A stretch of 64,000 bases of DNA from an uncultured Ktedonobacterales bacterium (GCA_964522745.1 CAZFWN010000007.1:707-64706); one strand, 5' to 3'. Counted from the first letter of the stretch, positions 54,054 through 64,000 are shown. Notes: generated by a model from the sequence alone, not told the origin. Made by a program: numbers and translations.

Positions 54054-54722
54054 TTAGCTGCTTGTTTCGCCTAAAATAGTTCCACGCAGAGCAGCTTCTC
54101 CTATATCCTTGACCAGTGCAAATATCTCATCTTCGGCTTGAATAGGGGTATCTCCGGTGGGTTGGATATACTCCTGGCCGCGCACGATGAGTACGACATT
54201 GCATTCTCCTGGGAGCTTCAGCCCCGCGAGTGTTTTTCCAATGGCTGGCGATTGGGGGGGAACACTGACCTCGACAAACTCTAGCCCAGCTCGTCGCAGC
54301 GTCATCAAGGGGATCACTGTGTGGTGAGGAATCTCCGTCTCGATCAGCCGCAGAATGGTTTTGGTCGGACTGATGGTAATATCGATACCGAGTTTGGCGA
54401 ACGTGCGCTCGTTCTTGGGGTTATTGACGCGCGCGATGGTTTGCTTGACATGAAAGCGGTGTTTTGCCATCTGGCAGATGACCAGATTATCTTCATCATC
54501 ACCCGTGACGGCAATAACAATTTCGGCGCGGCTCCCCCCCACTTCCTCCATCGTGCGGGCTTCGCAGGCATCCCCTCGCAAGACGGCTGAGCCAAGCTCA
54601 TCTGAGAGCGTTTGCACCCGGCGTGGGTCTTTATCGAGCAGCAGAACTTCATGTCCTTGCGCCAGCAGCCCCTTCGTGACATAGTAGCCAATCTGGCCGC
54701 CACCGCCAACGATAATATACAT
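54054..54722 (-). CDS. TrkA/KtrA-family K+ transport regulatory protein (RCK N + C domains)
   Basis: 'MYIIVGGGGQIGYYV' is a Rossmann GxGxxG, followed by a C-terminal RCK_C-like domain. Confidence 0.85.
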   Translation of the reverse strand: MYIIVGGGGQIGYYVTKGLLAQGHEVLLLDKDPRRVQTLSDELGSAVLRGDACEARTMEEVGGSRAEIVIAVTGDDEDNLVICQMAKHRFHVKQTIARVNNPKNERTFAKLGIDITISPTKTILRLIETEIPHHTVIPLMTLRRAGLEFVEVSVPPQSPAIGKTLAGLKLPGECNVVLIVRGQEYIQPTGDTPIQAEDEIFALVKDIGEAALRGTILGETSS

Positions 54723-54734
54723 ACCACTCGTCTC

Positions 54735-55175
54735 CTAGCGCGTTCTGGGCGCTGTATTCGGTGCTGATTTTGTCAGGTTCTTCTCGATAGCATCGCGGAA
54801 GAGGTCAGACATGACCAGCGTTGGGCTGATCACTTGAAGCCCAAGGTTTTGATACACTTCTGTCCGAATGGGATCGTAAATCCGGCACATGACAGTAGGC
54901 ACATTAAAGATGTCTTTAGCGATCTGACTTGCCATGATATTGCGATTATCCCCATTGGTTACTGCGACAAATACAGCAGCTTGCTCAATACCTGCCCGGC
55001 GCAGTACCTCTTCATCGATGCCGTCACCCATGAGCGTTTCGCCACTGAAACTGCTATCCAATCGCTGGAACGCATCAGTGCTGTAATCAATAATTGTCAC
55101 GCTATGACCTGCGCGATTCATCATCAATGCCAGGGTAGCACCAACGCGCCCACAGCCGAGAATGATGATCTTCAT
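54735..55175 (-). CDS. TrkA-N (RCK N-domain) protein
   Basis: 'MKIIILGCGRVGATLA' starts a 146-aa protein that carries the N-domain only. Confidence 0.8.
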   Translation of the reverse strand: MKIIILGCGRVGATLALMMNRAGHSVTIIDYSTDAFQRLDSSFSGETLMGDGIDEEVLRRAGIEQAAVFVAVTNGDNRNIMASQIAKDIFNVPTVMCRIYDPIRTEVYQNLGLQVISPTLVMSDLFRDAIEKNLTKSAPNTAPRTR

Positions 55176-55358
55176 TCTGATCCTCCTCTGAATGCAGAGT
55201 ATTTACAAGGAGCCTCTTTGCTGCGGGCGATGATTGAACCAATGAAACGGCGCACTCATCCACCACTCGGCAAACCACCTCTGAGAGCGCTGAAAGGCTC
55301 CAGAGATAGATTATAGCATCAGAGCCATATTTCCACCTGCATGGTAATGCTGCTGCGC

Positions 55359-57125
55359 TCAGGTCTGCTCAGCGACCTTGGGGAGTGTGATTGGGCTGTT
55401 GGGTGAGAAGAGTGCTTCGCCATCCTCAATCAGATAACGATAGCCTTGCTCGGTGAGAAATAATTGGCGGTTGGCTGAAAAGTCCTGATCGCGTGTGTCG
55501 CGGGTCACAATGCTGTAAAAATAGGCAAAGCCGCCATCGGCCTTTGGCCGAAGGATACGCCCCAGGCGCTGGGCTTCTTCCTGACGCGAGCCGAATGTGC
55601 CTGAGACCTGGATGGCAACATTCGCATCGGGCAAGTCGATGGCAAAATTCGCCACCTTACTGACCACTAATCGTTTCAGTTCTCCGCGCCGAAATTGCTC
55701 GTAGAGCTTCTCCCGCTGGCCGTTGGAGGTACGCCCGGTGATGAGTGGGGCATTCAGCAGTTCGGCCAGAGCTTTGAGTTGGTCAAGATATTGGCCGATA
55801 ATCAACACCTGATCGTCCTGGTGCCTGGCAACGAGCCTCTGCACCATCTCAATCTTGATTGGATTCTCAGCGGCAATGCGATACTTCTCGCGCTCTTCAG
55901 CGACGGCGTATTCCAGCCGATCATCTTCGCGCAGGCTGACGCGGATTTCATGACACTCGGCGGTAGCGATCCAGCCCTGGCGCTCTAAATCTCGCCAGGG
56001 TACATCATAGCGCTTGGGGCCAATCAGGCCAAAGACGTCTGCCTCGCGGCCATCCTCACGAACCAGCGTCGCGGTTAAGCCCAATCTGCGCCGGGCCTGA
56101 ATCTCGGCAGTAATACGGAAGACGGGCGCGGGCAGCAGGTGAACTTCGTCGTAGATAATCAATCCCCAGTCCTGGCCGGTAAAGAGGCTGAAATGTGGAA
56201 AGTCGCTCTCTTCTGTCGGGCGATACGTCAGGATTTGATAGGTGCTGACGGTAATTGGACGAATCTCTTTGCGTTCCCCGGTATATTCACCAATCTGGTC
56301 TGGCTGGATAGATGTTTTATCAAGCAGTTCGCTGATCCACTGGCGCACGGCAACGGTGTTGGGCGTTAAGATCAAGGTGCTGCGCTGGAGCGCGGCGATA
56401 GCGCCGATGCCGACAATGGTTTTGCCCGCGCCACACGGCAGGACAATGACGCCACAGCCCCCACCAGGGCTGCCATCCAGATAGAAAGCGCTGACCGATG
56501 CCTCCTGGTACGCGCGTAGACTAAAGGGCTTCTGAGTGGTCGTCATCTCGCGCAGCGCGAGTGGCAGAAGGGTGCCCTCGCTATAGCCGGCCAGGTCTTC
56601 TGCTGGAAAACCAATGTGGATGAGCGCCTGCTTGATATGGCCGCGTCGTTCCGGGTCAACGCGCAGCGTATAGGCATCGATCTGACTCAACAGGTAGGGT
56701 TCCATGCGCTTATGATGGGCGATTTCGCTCATGAGCGTCGAGTCAGGGGAGCGCAGGACCAGTTGGCCGTTTTCCTTCAGAAGTTTGAGCCGCCCATAGC
56801 GCTTCATGTAGTCATGAATGTCGGTAGTGATATTGGCCGGGAGATCATATTTGCTGTATTGGGAGAGCAACTCAACCACCTGCTCAGGTGTCAGACCTGC
56901 GGCGGCAGCGTTCCAGAGTGAGAGGGGCGAGATGCGATACGTATGGATATGTTCCGGCGATTTCTCGATTTCGGCAAATTGTGCCAGCGCATCGCGTGCT
57001 TCGGCATGGAGCGGGTGATCAACTTCCAGCAAAATAGAGCGATCACTTTGCACAATAACGGGGTTGAGCGGATTCCTTGGCACAGTGGTTCCTCGTGGGT
57101 CTGTTTCAGCACCCGGTTGGCTCAC
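55359..57125 (-). CDS. XPB/Ssl2 (ERCC3/Rad25)-type SF2 DNA helicase
   Basis: 'LRAYQ', 'VLPCGAGKT' (motif I), 'IIYDEVHLL' (DEVH), 'GLTATLVRED', and an XPB-like N-terminal domain 'VQSDRSILLEVDHPL'. GTG start. Confidence 0.85.
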   Translation of the reverse strand: MSQPGAETDPRGTTVPRNPLNPVIVQSDRSILLEVDHPLHAEARDALAQFAEIEKSPEHIHTYRISPLSLWNAAAAGLTPEQVVELLSQYSKYDLPANITTDIHDYMKRYGRLKLLKENGQLVLRSPDSTLMSEIAHHKRMEPYLLSQIDAYTLRVDPERRGHIKQALIHIGFPAEDLAGYSEGTLLPLALREMTTTQKPFSLRAYQEASVSAFYLDGSPGGGCGVIVLPCGAGKTIVGIGAIAALQRSTLILTPNTVAVRQWISELLDKTSIQPDQIGEYTGERKEIRPITVSTYQILTYRPTEESDFPHFSLFTGQDWGLIIYDEVHLLPAPVFRITAEIQARRRLGLTATLVREDGREADVFGLIGPKRYDVPWRDLERQGWIATAECHEIRVSLREDDRLEYAVAEEREKYRIAAENPIKIEMVQRLVARHQDDQVLIIGQYLDQLKALAELLNAPLITGRTSNGQREKLYEQFRRGELKRLVVSKVANFAIDLPDANVAIQVSGTFGSRQEEAQRLGRILRPKADGGFAYFYSIVTRDTRDQDFSANRQLFLTEQGYRYLIEDGEALFSPNSPITLPKVAEQT

Positions 57126-57796
57126 ACTCCGGGCATTTCAACCCAGCGTCTGATATACGTCATAATAGCACCGATAGTCTCATTTTCATAGCCACGCATG
57201 AGATGACGCGCGCCTGTGATGATCTTGATCCCTTTCGGGCCTGGCAGGGCCGCGACAAATGGCTCAAGCTTGTGCCGGGGACACACTTCATCAAATTCTC
57301 CGGTGACAAACAGCTTGGGGCGTTCATATTTTGCGGCAAATCCCTTCCCAACGCGGAAAAGCGGTAAACTGATCGCCACGACGGTGCGGATACGCGGGTC
57401 ATAGGGCGCGTAGGTCAATGCCATAAAGGCGCCAAACGCATGACCCACCAGACACAGCTTCTCTCGATTGGCCTCGCGTTGCTGAAGGAGGTATTCCACT
57501 GCTCCAGCCACATCAAGTGGCTCAAAGCGCCCGTCCGTTTGTTCTCCTTCACTGCGTCCAACCCCCCGAAAATTAAAGCGTAGCGTCAGGATGCCATTGT
57601 GTGCCAATTCCCGCGCCAGAGCGAGCAATAGCGGATCGCTCATATCAGTGCTGGCGGGCTGTGGATGGCAGAGAACGGCTGTGGGGAAAGAGGTGAGCAG
57701 CCCAGTAGCCGGTGGGTAATGAAGCACCCCTTCTAAGATATAGCGTGATCGATCACGGCTTGGAAACATGACTGGTCGCTCTTCTCCCAACGGCAT
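57122..57796 (-). CDS. Alpha/beta-hydrolase-fold protein with Ala at the nucleophile position
   Basis: 224 aa. The nucleophile elbow reads 'VGHAFGA', with a GCG codon at 57437-57439, instead of GxSxG. The Asp ('GEFDE') and His ('GARHLM') positions are retained. A 4-nt GTGA overlap joins it to the XPB gene. Confidence 0.7.
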   Translation of the reverse strand: MPLGEERPVMFPSRDRSRYILEGVLHYPPATGLLTSFPTAVLCHPQPASTDMSDPLLLALARELAHNGILTLRFNFRGVGRSEGEQTDGRFEPLDVAGAVEYLLQQREANREKLCLVGHAFGAFMALTYAPYDPRIRTVVAISLPLFRVGKGFAAKYERPKLFVTGEFDEVCPRHKLEPFVAALPGPKGIKIITGARHLMRGYENETIGAIMTYIRRWVEMPGV

Positions 57797-58025
57797 CAGT
57801 GTGAACCTCGTATCTCAGAATTGGCTGCGCGCTTCAAAGCCAGAGAATAGTATAGTCGTCTCGGCATACGACGTCAACCAATCCGCATGCCCAATTCGCA
57901 GGTGGCTGAGTTTCTCAAGTGAGTTCCAGTTGCGTGCCAGTGGCATCGTTTAGCGAAGAAAGGGCTAGCACACTCCGAATGAAACCTGTGAAGTATGCTA
58001 GCCCATTGCGATAGGTATATGCCGA

Positions 58026-58208
58026 TCAGGTTTCCTTGAATTCATCAAGATAACGATGTTTCACCAGCCAACGAGCGAAATTACGCAGGGAATCTTCTTG
58101 CGCTTGCTGGCATTCAATACGCTCTCGGAGAGAAACCAACTGCTCAGCCTCATCCACCGTAAATCCTTTATCCAAAAGCGCGTCGATCAAGAGATCTCGA
58201 TATTGCAT
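58026..58208 (-). CDS. Small hypothetical protein (60 aa)
   Basis: The ATG at 58208 lies 6 nt after GGGAGG. The product is helical and acidic, 'MQYRDLLIDALLDKGFTVDEAEQLV...'. I do not recognise a family. Confidence 0.4.
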   Translation of the reverse strand: MQYRDLLIDALLDKGFTVDEAEQLVSLRERIECQQAQEDSLRNFARWLVKHRYLDEFKET

Positions 58209-58544
58209 ATTCAACCTCCCGGTAAGACACTCTATCCATCAGTTGGGCAGTCGCCCTTTCAATCTGTGTACAATCTGGCGGCGAGATGACCCTGTCGGCA
58301 AGAGCGTTTTCTTCATCCAGGCAGATGCGCTCTCTACTGAATTACGACGTATAGCGCCTTTGAGAAGTTTCGTCGTGGCTGAAGGATGCTGCTCTCTGGT
58401 GTCTTACTTCTCAGAATAGCAGATGGCATGCCAGGTTCCCTTGGAGGTGAGACAAAGGGGGGTACTCACGAGGGATGTGAACCCCATGTGTCAGTGAGGA
58501 ATAAGCAGAACCAGGATGTCAGAGGGGCGCGCTATGAACGGCGC

Positions 58545-58799
58545 TCAGGATTTTGACGAGCCTTCGTACATGATGTAGCGGGAGATTTCTGCTTCGTGAT
58601 CGTAGTAGTAACTGATGGCGTCATACACCTCGCCAAGCAGCAGATGATACGTCCGGGCAATTTCTTCCGGTTCCTGACCAGCGCGGTAGAGCAAGACGAC
58701 GTGACGGACACTTGTGCGTGTCCCATCGATAATTGGCTCGCCGTCCAAAATATCTGGGTCATGAACGATATGCGGGTGTTCAGTTCGCTCGGCGGCCAT
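58545..58799 (-). CDS. DUF433 (antitoxin-like HTH) protein
   Basis: The ATG at 58799 follows AAGGAG. 'IVHDPDILDGEPIIDGTRTSVRHVV...PEEIARTYHLLLGEVYDAISYY' is the DUF433 pattern. Confidence 0.75.
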   Translation of the reverse strand: MAAERTEHPHIVHDPDILDGEPIIDGTRTSVRHVVLLYRAGQEPEEIARTYHLLLGEVYDAISYYYDHEAEISRYIMYEGSSKS

Positions 58800-58876
58800 G
58801 CTTGAGCAACTCCTTTCTCTACCAATATGGGCTGTATCAGGAAAACAACGTGGGGTAGTTTTTTCAAGCCTACCAT

Positions 58877-58913
58877 GTAATCGGGCTGCTGTCAAGCGTA
58901 GCAGCCCGATTAC
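58877..58913 (-). terminator. Terminator hairpin after glgB
   Basis: GTAATCGGGCTGCT / AGCAGCCCGATTAC forms a 14-bp stem with a 9-nt loop, 25 nt downstream of the glgB stop on the minus strand. Confidence 0.55.
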
Positions 58914-58938
58914 GCGGAATGAGTCGTAGAACCATTCC

Positions 58939-61233
58939 TTATCCCATAGCCTGATGCTCCTTTGACCCGTCTGCTTCTCCTGGCTTACCGTCCTGTTCTC
59001 GCTCCGGCTTCAGGACAACCACCGCCAGCGGTGGGAGCGTCAAGGTGATGGAGTAGGGATGAACATGCCAGGGGAACGCTTCAGTTTGTACACCACCCAG
59101 GTTGCCGACGTTTGAACCACCATAGATGTCGGCATCGCTATTGAGAATCTCTTGATAGAAGCCGGGTTGTGGGACGCCCAGACGGTAGTTCTCTCGTGGG
59201 ACAGGCGTGAAATTGCAGGCAAAGAGTAAGGAGTCCTGCGGGTTCTTGGCCTTTCGCAGAAACGCAACCACGCTGTTGTCGGAATCGCGGAAATCGATCC
59301 ACTCAAACCCCTGCCAGTCAAAATCAACCTCAAAAAGCGCTGGTTCACTGGCATACAGGTGATTCAGATCGCGTACAAACCGTTGGAGCTTCTGGTGAGG
59401 CTCATATTGCAAGAGATGCCAATCCAGGCTGGCGTCGAAGTGCCACTCGTGCCATTGTCCAAATTCGCCGCCCATGAAGAGCAGTTTCTTGCCGGGATGG
59501 CCGTACATAAAGCCGTAGAGCGAGCGCAGATTGGCAAACTTCTGCCAGAAGTCGCCGGGCATCTTATCCAACAGCGATTTTTTGAGATGCACGACCTCAT
59601 CGTGCGACAGCGGCAGGATAAAATTTTCGGAAAACGCATACATCAGGGAAAACGTAATACGATCCTGCTTGTAGCGGCGGTAGATGGAGTCCGACTCGAA
59701 GTAATCGAGCAGATCGTGCATCCAGCCCATGTTCCATTTGAGGCTGAAGCCCAGCCCCCCCAGGTACGTTGGACGCGAGACCATCGGCCAGGCGGTGGAT
59801 TCCTCAGCAATCGTCAGGATGCCTGGGTGATAACGATGGGCCAGTTCATTGAGCGTCTTGATGAAGTCAACCGCTTCCAGATTCTCACGTCCGCCAAAGC
59901 GGTTGGGGAGCCACTCACCCTCTTTGCGTGAATAATCAAGGTAGACCATCGAGGCGACGGCATCGACCCGCAGCCCATCGATATGGTATTCATCCAGCCA
60001 GAAGAGCGCGTTGGCAAGCAAGTAGTTGCGCACTTCATTGCGGCCATAGTTATAGATCATCGTGCCCCAGTCGGTATGCTGGCCCATACGGGGGTCTGCG
60101 TGTTCATAGAGATGGGTGCCATCAAAATAGACCAGTCCATGTCCATCTTTCGGGAAATGGGCCGGCACCCAATCCAGGATGACCCCAAGCCCGGCCTGAT
60201 GGCAGGCATCAATCAGCGCGCGGAAATCATCGGGCGAGCCAAAGCGGCTCGTGGGGGCGTACATGCCGACGGGCTGATAGCCCCAGGAGCCGTCGAACGG
60301 ATGCTCTGAGATAGGCAGAAACTCCACATGCGTATAGCCCATCTCGCGCACGTAGGCAGGCAACTGCTCAGCCAGTTCACGGTAGGTGAGGAAGCGCCCG
60401 CCTTCATCTGGAACACGTCGCCACGATCCCAGATGAACCTCGTAAATAGCCATCGGGGCATCAAGTGCCTGGCGCCGCTCCCGTTCGCCCATCCACGTGT
60501 CATCTTGCCAGTGATAGTGTTTTAGATCGTAGACGATAGAAGCGGTTGCAGGCCGGAGTTCTGCCTCGAAGCCGTAAGGGTCGGCGCGTTCGGTGTAATA
60601 GCCTTGTACGTTTGAGGCGATGGCATATTTGTAGTGTTCGCCGGCGCCAATATCTGGGATAAACAACTCCCAGATGCCGCCGTCGTTTCGTCGTTGCATC
60701 GGATGCCGGCGGCCATCCCACTGATTGAAATTGCCAATGACGCTGACGCGATGCGCGTTCGGCGCCCAGACAGCAAAATTGACCCCGGTGACGCTATGCA
60801 CCTCGCGCAGATGCGCGCCCAATTTCTCGTAGCTCTGATAGTGTTGCCCCTCGCCCAGCAGTTGTAAATCAAAGTCCGTCAGCATTGGCTCGAAGGCATA
60901 GGGATCATGCAGCTTCGTCTCGTGCCCATCGGGTTCCACGATGACGAGGAGGTAGGGAGGAACCTGCTTGCGGCCACGAACGACGACTTCAAAGAAGCCT
61001 TCTGCTGCCACGCGCTGCATGGGGTGGCGAGTCGAACGGGGCTTCTTGATTTCCAGAAAGACGCTGGCCTCGGCTGATGCTTGAGGAAGAAAGGCTCTGA
61101 CCACCAGGGCAGGTGAATCCTCTTCTTCGGTAAGGTGTGGCCCTAACACCTGAAATGGGGCACCATGTGTAGCGTTGATAATGGCATCAATTTCACCATA
61201 AGCAAGATTTTGCACGAGACAACCCTCCTCCAT
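58939..61233 (-). CDS. glgB: 1,4-alpha-glucan branching enzyme
   Basis: 764 aa. It carries the GH13 motifs 'DWVPAHF', '[10 protein letters not shown]', 'IAEEST' and 'LSHDEVVH', plus the branching-enzyme N-domain. Confidence 0.95.
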   Translation of the reverse strand: MEEGCLVQNLAYGEIDAIINATHGAPFQVLGPHLTEEEDSPALVVRAFLPQASAEASVFLEIKKPRSTRHPMQRVAAEGFFEVVVRGRKQVPPYLLVIVEPDGHETKLHDPYAFEPMLTDFDLQLLGEGQHYQSYEKLGAHLREVHSVTGVNFAVWAPNAHRVSVIGNFNQWDGRRHPMQRRNDGGIWELFIPDIGAGEHYKYAIASNVQGYYTERADPYGFEAELRPATASIVYDLKHYHWQDDTWMGERERRQALDAPMAIYEVHLGSWRRVPDEGGRFLTYRELAEQLPAYVREMGYTHVEFLPISEHPFDGSWGYQPVGMYAPTSRFGSPDDFRALIDACHQAGLGVILDWVPAHFPKDGHGLVYFDGTHLYEHADPRMGQHTDWGTMIYNYGRNEVRNYLLANALFWLDEYHIDGLRVDAVASMVYLDYSRKEGEWLPNRFGGRENLEAVDFIKTLNELAHRYHPGILTIAEESTAWPMVSRPTYLGGLGFSLKWNMGWMHDLLDYFESDSIYRRYKQDRITFSLMYAFSENFILPLSHDEVVHLKKSLLDKMPGDFWQKFANLRSLYGFMYGHPGKKLLFMGGEFGQWHEWHFDASLDWHLLQYEPHQKLQRFVRDLNHLYASEPALFEVDFDWQGFEWIDFRDSDNSVVAFLRKAKNPQDSLLFACNFTPVPRENYRLGVPQPGFYQEILNSDADIYGGSNVGNLGGVQTEAFPWHVHPYSITLTLPPLAVVVLKPEREQDGKPGEADGSKEHQAMG

Positions 61234-61429
61234 ACAGGCGGAATCATACAGGCAGAACCGTTCTTAGAAGAAAGGTGCTTCAGGGCGGCTGAAGCAGCAT
61301 TGTTTGAGTACAGATTATTCTGCCTATAGCATACACTATGGCTTCTCATGCTACCAAATTGGACGGCTCTCTTGCATCCGGCTGACCTGGCGTGATAGCG
61401 TGTATGGCAGAGAAAGGAAGGAATGTGCT

Positions 61430-62983
61430 ATGGCAATTGCAACGTTGCAATCTCTCCACTTTACCCTCACCGATCCCGAACTCAAAGAGTTGTATGAGCG
61501 CACCCAGGAGCTTCAGGATTTGGGAGATTTGCTTGGCCTGTTGGGATGGGATCAGCAGGTAAAAATGCCACCTCAAGCCAATCAGGTGCGCGGGCCGCAG
61601 CTTGCGACCCTGGAGTCTATTTATCACGAACGTTTGACTGCTCCACGCATTGGGGAATTGCTCACGCTCGTAGAACAGCGTGTTCAGGGAACGAGCTATA
61701 CCGATGCAGATCGCGGGCTGGTTCGGCAGACGCGCAGACAATACGATCAGGCAGTGAAATTACCGGCGGCGTTTGTCAGGGAGCGCTCTGAGGCAAGCTC
61801 TGAAGCCTGGGGCGCCTGGGAGAAAGCCAAGCCTGCCAACGATTTTGCGTCATTTGCACCCTATCTGCGAAAAGTCGTTGCGCTCAAGCGCCAGGAAGCC
61901 GACTACCTGGGTTATCAGGGGTCGCCCTACAACGCGCTGCTTGATCAATTTGAACCTGGCATGACGCTAGCTACGCTCAATCCCATCTTAGAGCGGGTGC
62001 GAGAGGCGACGGTTGATCTGCTGCGCCGCATCCGGGTGTCTAGCGCGAATGTTGATACGAGTTGCGTTCATGGCAGCTTCGAGAGCGTCAAACAGATGTA
62101 CCTCTGTACGGAGATACTCAAGCAGATGGGCTATCAGTTTGACGCTGGCCGGCTGGATGTTTCATCGCATCCCTTTACCTCTGGCGGCGGCTCGCCATTT
62201 GATGTGCGTGTGACCACGCGCGTTGATCCCGCTTACTTCCCGGCAGCATTGATGGCAGCGATTCACGAGGGCGGCCACGCGGTCTACGAGCAGGGCAGCG
62301 CGCCTGTGCTAGCGCGTACACCGCTGGCAGGTGGCGCGTCAATGGGGTTGCACGAGTCGGAATCACGGCTTTGGGAAAACTATATTGGGCGCTCGCTGCC
62401 CTTCTGGAAGCATCACTTTGCCCTGCTGCGCGAAACCTTCCCAGAAACATTTGCCCATCGCGGCGTAGAGGAGTTGGTACGTGCGCTCAACGTCGTCAAG
62501 CCGAGCCTGATCCGCGTCGAGGCCGATGAGGTGACCTATAATCTGCACATCATCATTCGCTTTGAATTGGAGCAAGGGCTGATAAACGGTGAGATTGATG
62601 TGGCGGACCTGCCGCGTCAGTGGAACCAGAAGTATCACGATTACCTGGGCGTTGAGCCGCAGACGGATACGGAAGGCGTCTTGCAGGACATTCACTGGTC
62701 GGGTGGTTCATTTGGCTATTTTCCCACCTATACGCTTGGCAATCTCTACGGCGCGCAAATCTATTACACGCTGCGCCGCGAGTTTGCTGATTATGATGCG
62801 CGTTTGGAGCGAGAGGGAACCGGGTTTATCCTGGCGTGGCTGCGCGAGCATATGTATGCCTATGGGCAGGTCTATACTCCTGGTGAACTGGCGCGGAAGG
62901 TGACGGGCGAAGAGTTGAACCCAGAATACTTTGTGCGCTACGCTAACGAGAAATTTGGCGCTGTCTATGGTCTGAAAGCCTGA
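61430..62983 (+). CDS. M32 carboxypeptidase (Taq-type thermostable carboxypeptidase family)
   Basis: It has 'HEGGHAVYEQG' (HExxH), 'HESESRLWEN', 'IRVEADEVTYNLHI' and 'DIHWS'. The ATG at 61430 follows GAAAGGAAGG. Confidence 0.9.
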   Translation: MAIATLQSLHFTLTDPELKELYERTQELQDLGDLLGLLGWDQQVKMPPQANQVRGPQLATLESIYHERLTAPRIGELLTLVEQRVQGTSYTDADRGLVRQTRRQYDQAVKLPAAFVRERSEASSEAWGAWEKAKPANDFASFAPYLRKVVALKRQEADYLGYQGSPYNALLDQFEPGMTLATLNPILERVREATVDLLRRIRVSSANVDTSCVHGSFESVKQMYLCTEILKQMGYQFDAGRLDVSSHPFTSGGGSPFDVRVTTRVDPAYFPAALMAAIHEGGHAVYEQGSAPVLARTPLAGGASMGLHESESRLWENYIGRSLPFWKHHFALLRETFPETFAHRGVEELVRALNVVKPSLIRVEADEVTYNLHIIIRFELEQGLINGEIDVADLPRQWNQKYHDYLGVEPQTDTEGVLQDIHWSGGSFGYFPTYTLGNLYGAQIYYTLRREFADYDARLEREGTGFILAWLREHMYAYGQVYTPGELARKVTGEELNPEYFVRYANEKFGAVYGLKA

Positions 62984-63013
62984 TGGGCTGCTAAAGGTCC
63001 ACTCTTTTGTGCC

Positions 63014-63070
63014 AAACAGCAGGGTCATAAATAGGAAATGGAAATGGTGCGAATGGCCCTGCTGTTTTTT
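63014..63070 (+). terminator. Possible intrinsic terminator after the carboxypeptidase gene
   Basis: AAACAGCAGGG ... CCCTGCTGTTT is followed by a T-run (TTTTTT), but the loop is long at about 32 nt. Confidence 0.35.
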
Positions 63071-63081
63071 GCAAATGTGTA

Positions 63082-63960
63082 TTAAACGTGGGCTTCTGAG
63101 CGGCGAAGCTCGATCTTTCCATTGCGTACTCTGACATCAAAGGGACGCTCATCGAAGGTGGCCGGGCCGCCGAGAACGCGGCCAGTCTCCATACAGAACT
63201 TGGAGCCATGCCAGGGGCAGACAATCACCTCACCCTCAAGCGTTCCCTCATCAAGTGGTCCACCAGCATGCGTGCAGATGGCTGTGATCGCAGCGATCTT
63301 TCCATCGTGGCGTACAAGAACAGCAGGAGCCTTCCCCACCATCACGCGGATGGGCGTATCGGGTTTCAGCGCAGCTTCATCCATCACTGCAATATACTCT
63401 TCGCTCGCTTCTAGCCAGGCAGCGTGGTTTACGCCGGTGCCCTGGCCGAAGACGAGTTCACCCCCCAGGTACGCTGCCAGCCAGAGCGTTCCATAGCCCA
63501 GCGTAGAGAAGAGGAATGCTGTCCCTCGCCGCTTGCGGCTGCGCAGAAGCAAAGAAGAGGTATAGAAGGTGAGGGAGGTGGCATTGAGCAGCCCGTGTAG
63601 CAGGCCGACGCGGCGCTCGCGCCCATAGGTCTCTTGCCAATCTGCCAGCCCGGTCAAGGCTGATGCCAGGGCGCCGGCCAGCCCAATGCCTAAGGTGATG
63701 TCGGCGCCGCGCTTGAGCGCCTTGTTGCGACTGACGCTCAGCAGGTCCAGAATGAATGAAGCGCTCCAGGCGCCAACAGGGAGATCGGTTAAGGCCGGGT
63801 GCAGGGGATGGCCGAGCCAGGTGCCATGCAGTATATCTTTCAGAGTTCGGCTCGGCCCTTCGCGTTTCATCACTTTGCCGATGGCCTGCTGTAGCGCGTC
63901 GCCGGTTGGCTCTAACCACTGCTGCTGGTCGATTGTATCTTCCAAGAAGGCATGTGCCAT
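63082..63960 (-). CDS. DUF2231-like membrane domain fused to a Rieske [2Fe-2S] domain
   Basis: 'HGTWLGHPLHPALTDLPVG' (DUF2231-like) is followed by four TM helices. The C-terminal 'CTHAGGPL...CPWHGSKF' is Rieske. Confidence 0.75.
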   Translation of the reverse strand: MAHAFLEDTIDQQQWLEPTGDALQQAIGKVMKREGPSRTLKDILHGTWLGHPLHPALTDLPVGAWSASFILDLLSVSRNKALKRGADITLGIGLAGALASALTGLADWQETYGRERRVGLLHGLLNATSLTFYTSSLLLRSRKRRGTAFLFSTLGYGTLWLAAYLGGELVFGQGTGVNHAAWLEASEEYIAVMDEAALKPDTPIRVMVGKAPAVLVRHDGKIAAITAICTHAGGPLDEGTLEGEVIVCPWHGSKFCMETGRVLGGPATFDERPFDVRVRNGKIELRRSEAHV

Positions 63961-64000
63961 TGGCTATTTCTCCTTTGCTGCTCTGTAGAGAACCATTGAA

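Noticed and set aside
58215-58544. Search for a DUF5615/PIN-like toxin partner downstream of the DUF433 antitoxin-like gene
   Set aside because: All three minus-strand frames are broken by stops within about 35 codons. Only a vague 'LDEEN' resemblance to the DUF5615 'LDEN' start is present. I cannot support a toxin gene or even a clear pseudogene.
1-64000. CRISPR arrays, rRNA genes, intact IS elements, prophage modules and known defence-system gene sets
   Set aside because: Scanning the intergenic regions showed no regularly spaced 25-40-nt repeats, no rRNA-like sequence, and no cas, restriction-modification, toxin-antitoxin (beyond the orphan DUF433) or phage structural genes.

Overview
All assignments below come from reading motifs by eye; no searches were run. 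The window is gene-dense, about 55-58% GC and looks chromosomal. My impression from the protein sequences is Chloroflexota, possibly Ktedonobacteria-like, which I cannot verify. I saw no rRNA, CRISPR array, intact IS element, prophage or recognisable defence system.

Housekeeping genes:
- Chromosome and nucleotide functions: smc, HU, tdk, an XPB-type helicase, a nucleoside hydrolase and a partial Nudix hydrolase.
- Carbon and protein metabolism: glgB, an M32 carboxypeptidase, a ROK kinase and a polyprenyl-diphosphate synthase.
- Transport and translation: a heterodimeric ABC exporter, TrkA/KtrA and an EF-G paralogue.

Three less ordinary blocks:
1. 42.6-53.8 kb, minus strand, ten co-directional genes. 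A DUF4352 lipoprotein gene is followed by a 910-aa protein with two USP domains, a rubredoxin-like knuckle, five or six PCP_red (BchB C-terminal-like) repeats and two CPVxH motifs. That gene overlaps an ABC-2 exporter pair. Downstream lies a Rieske/cytochrome b set with no c-type cytochrome, bracketed by two cytochrome-bd-subunit-I-like paralogues that lack a Q-loop. This is my best candidate for an undescribed respiratory or tetrapyrrole-linked system.
2. 25.4-36.3 kb, a polyprenyl-phosphate-sugar glycan assembly cluster. It holds a decaprenyl-phosphate phosphoribosyltransferase-like UbiA enzyme, a flippase-like protein, Dpm1-like and Alg5-like GT2 enzymes and four GT-C membrane proteins. Two tandem tRNA-Ser genes interrupt it.
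3. 17.8-22.8 kb, an extended MraY paralogue lying divergent to an MBL-fold protein with a C-terminal Rieske domain.

Smaller items are a decayed tnpB-like relic, a tyrosine-recombinase-like gene with non-canonical catalytic motifs, and a 10-bp-phased repeat array upstream of a promoter.
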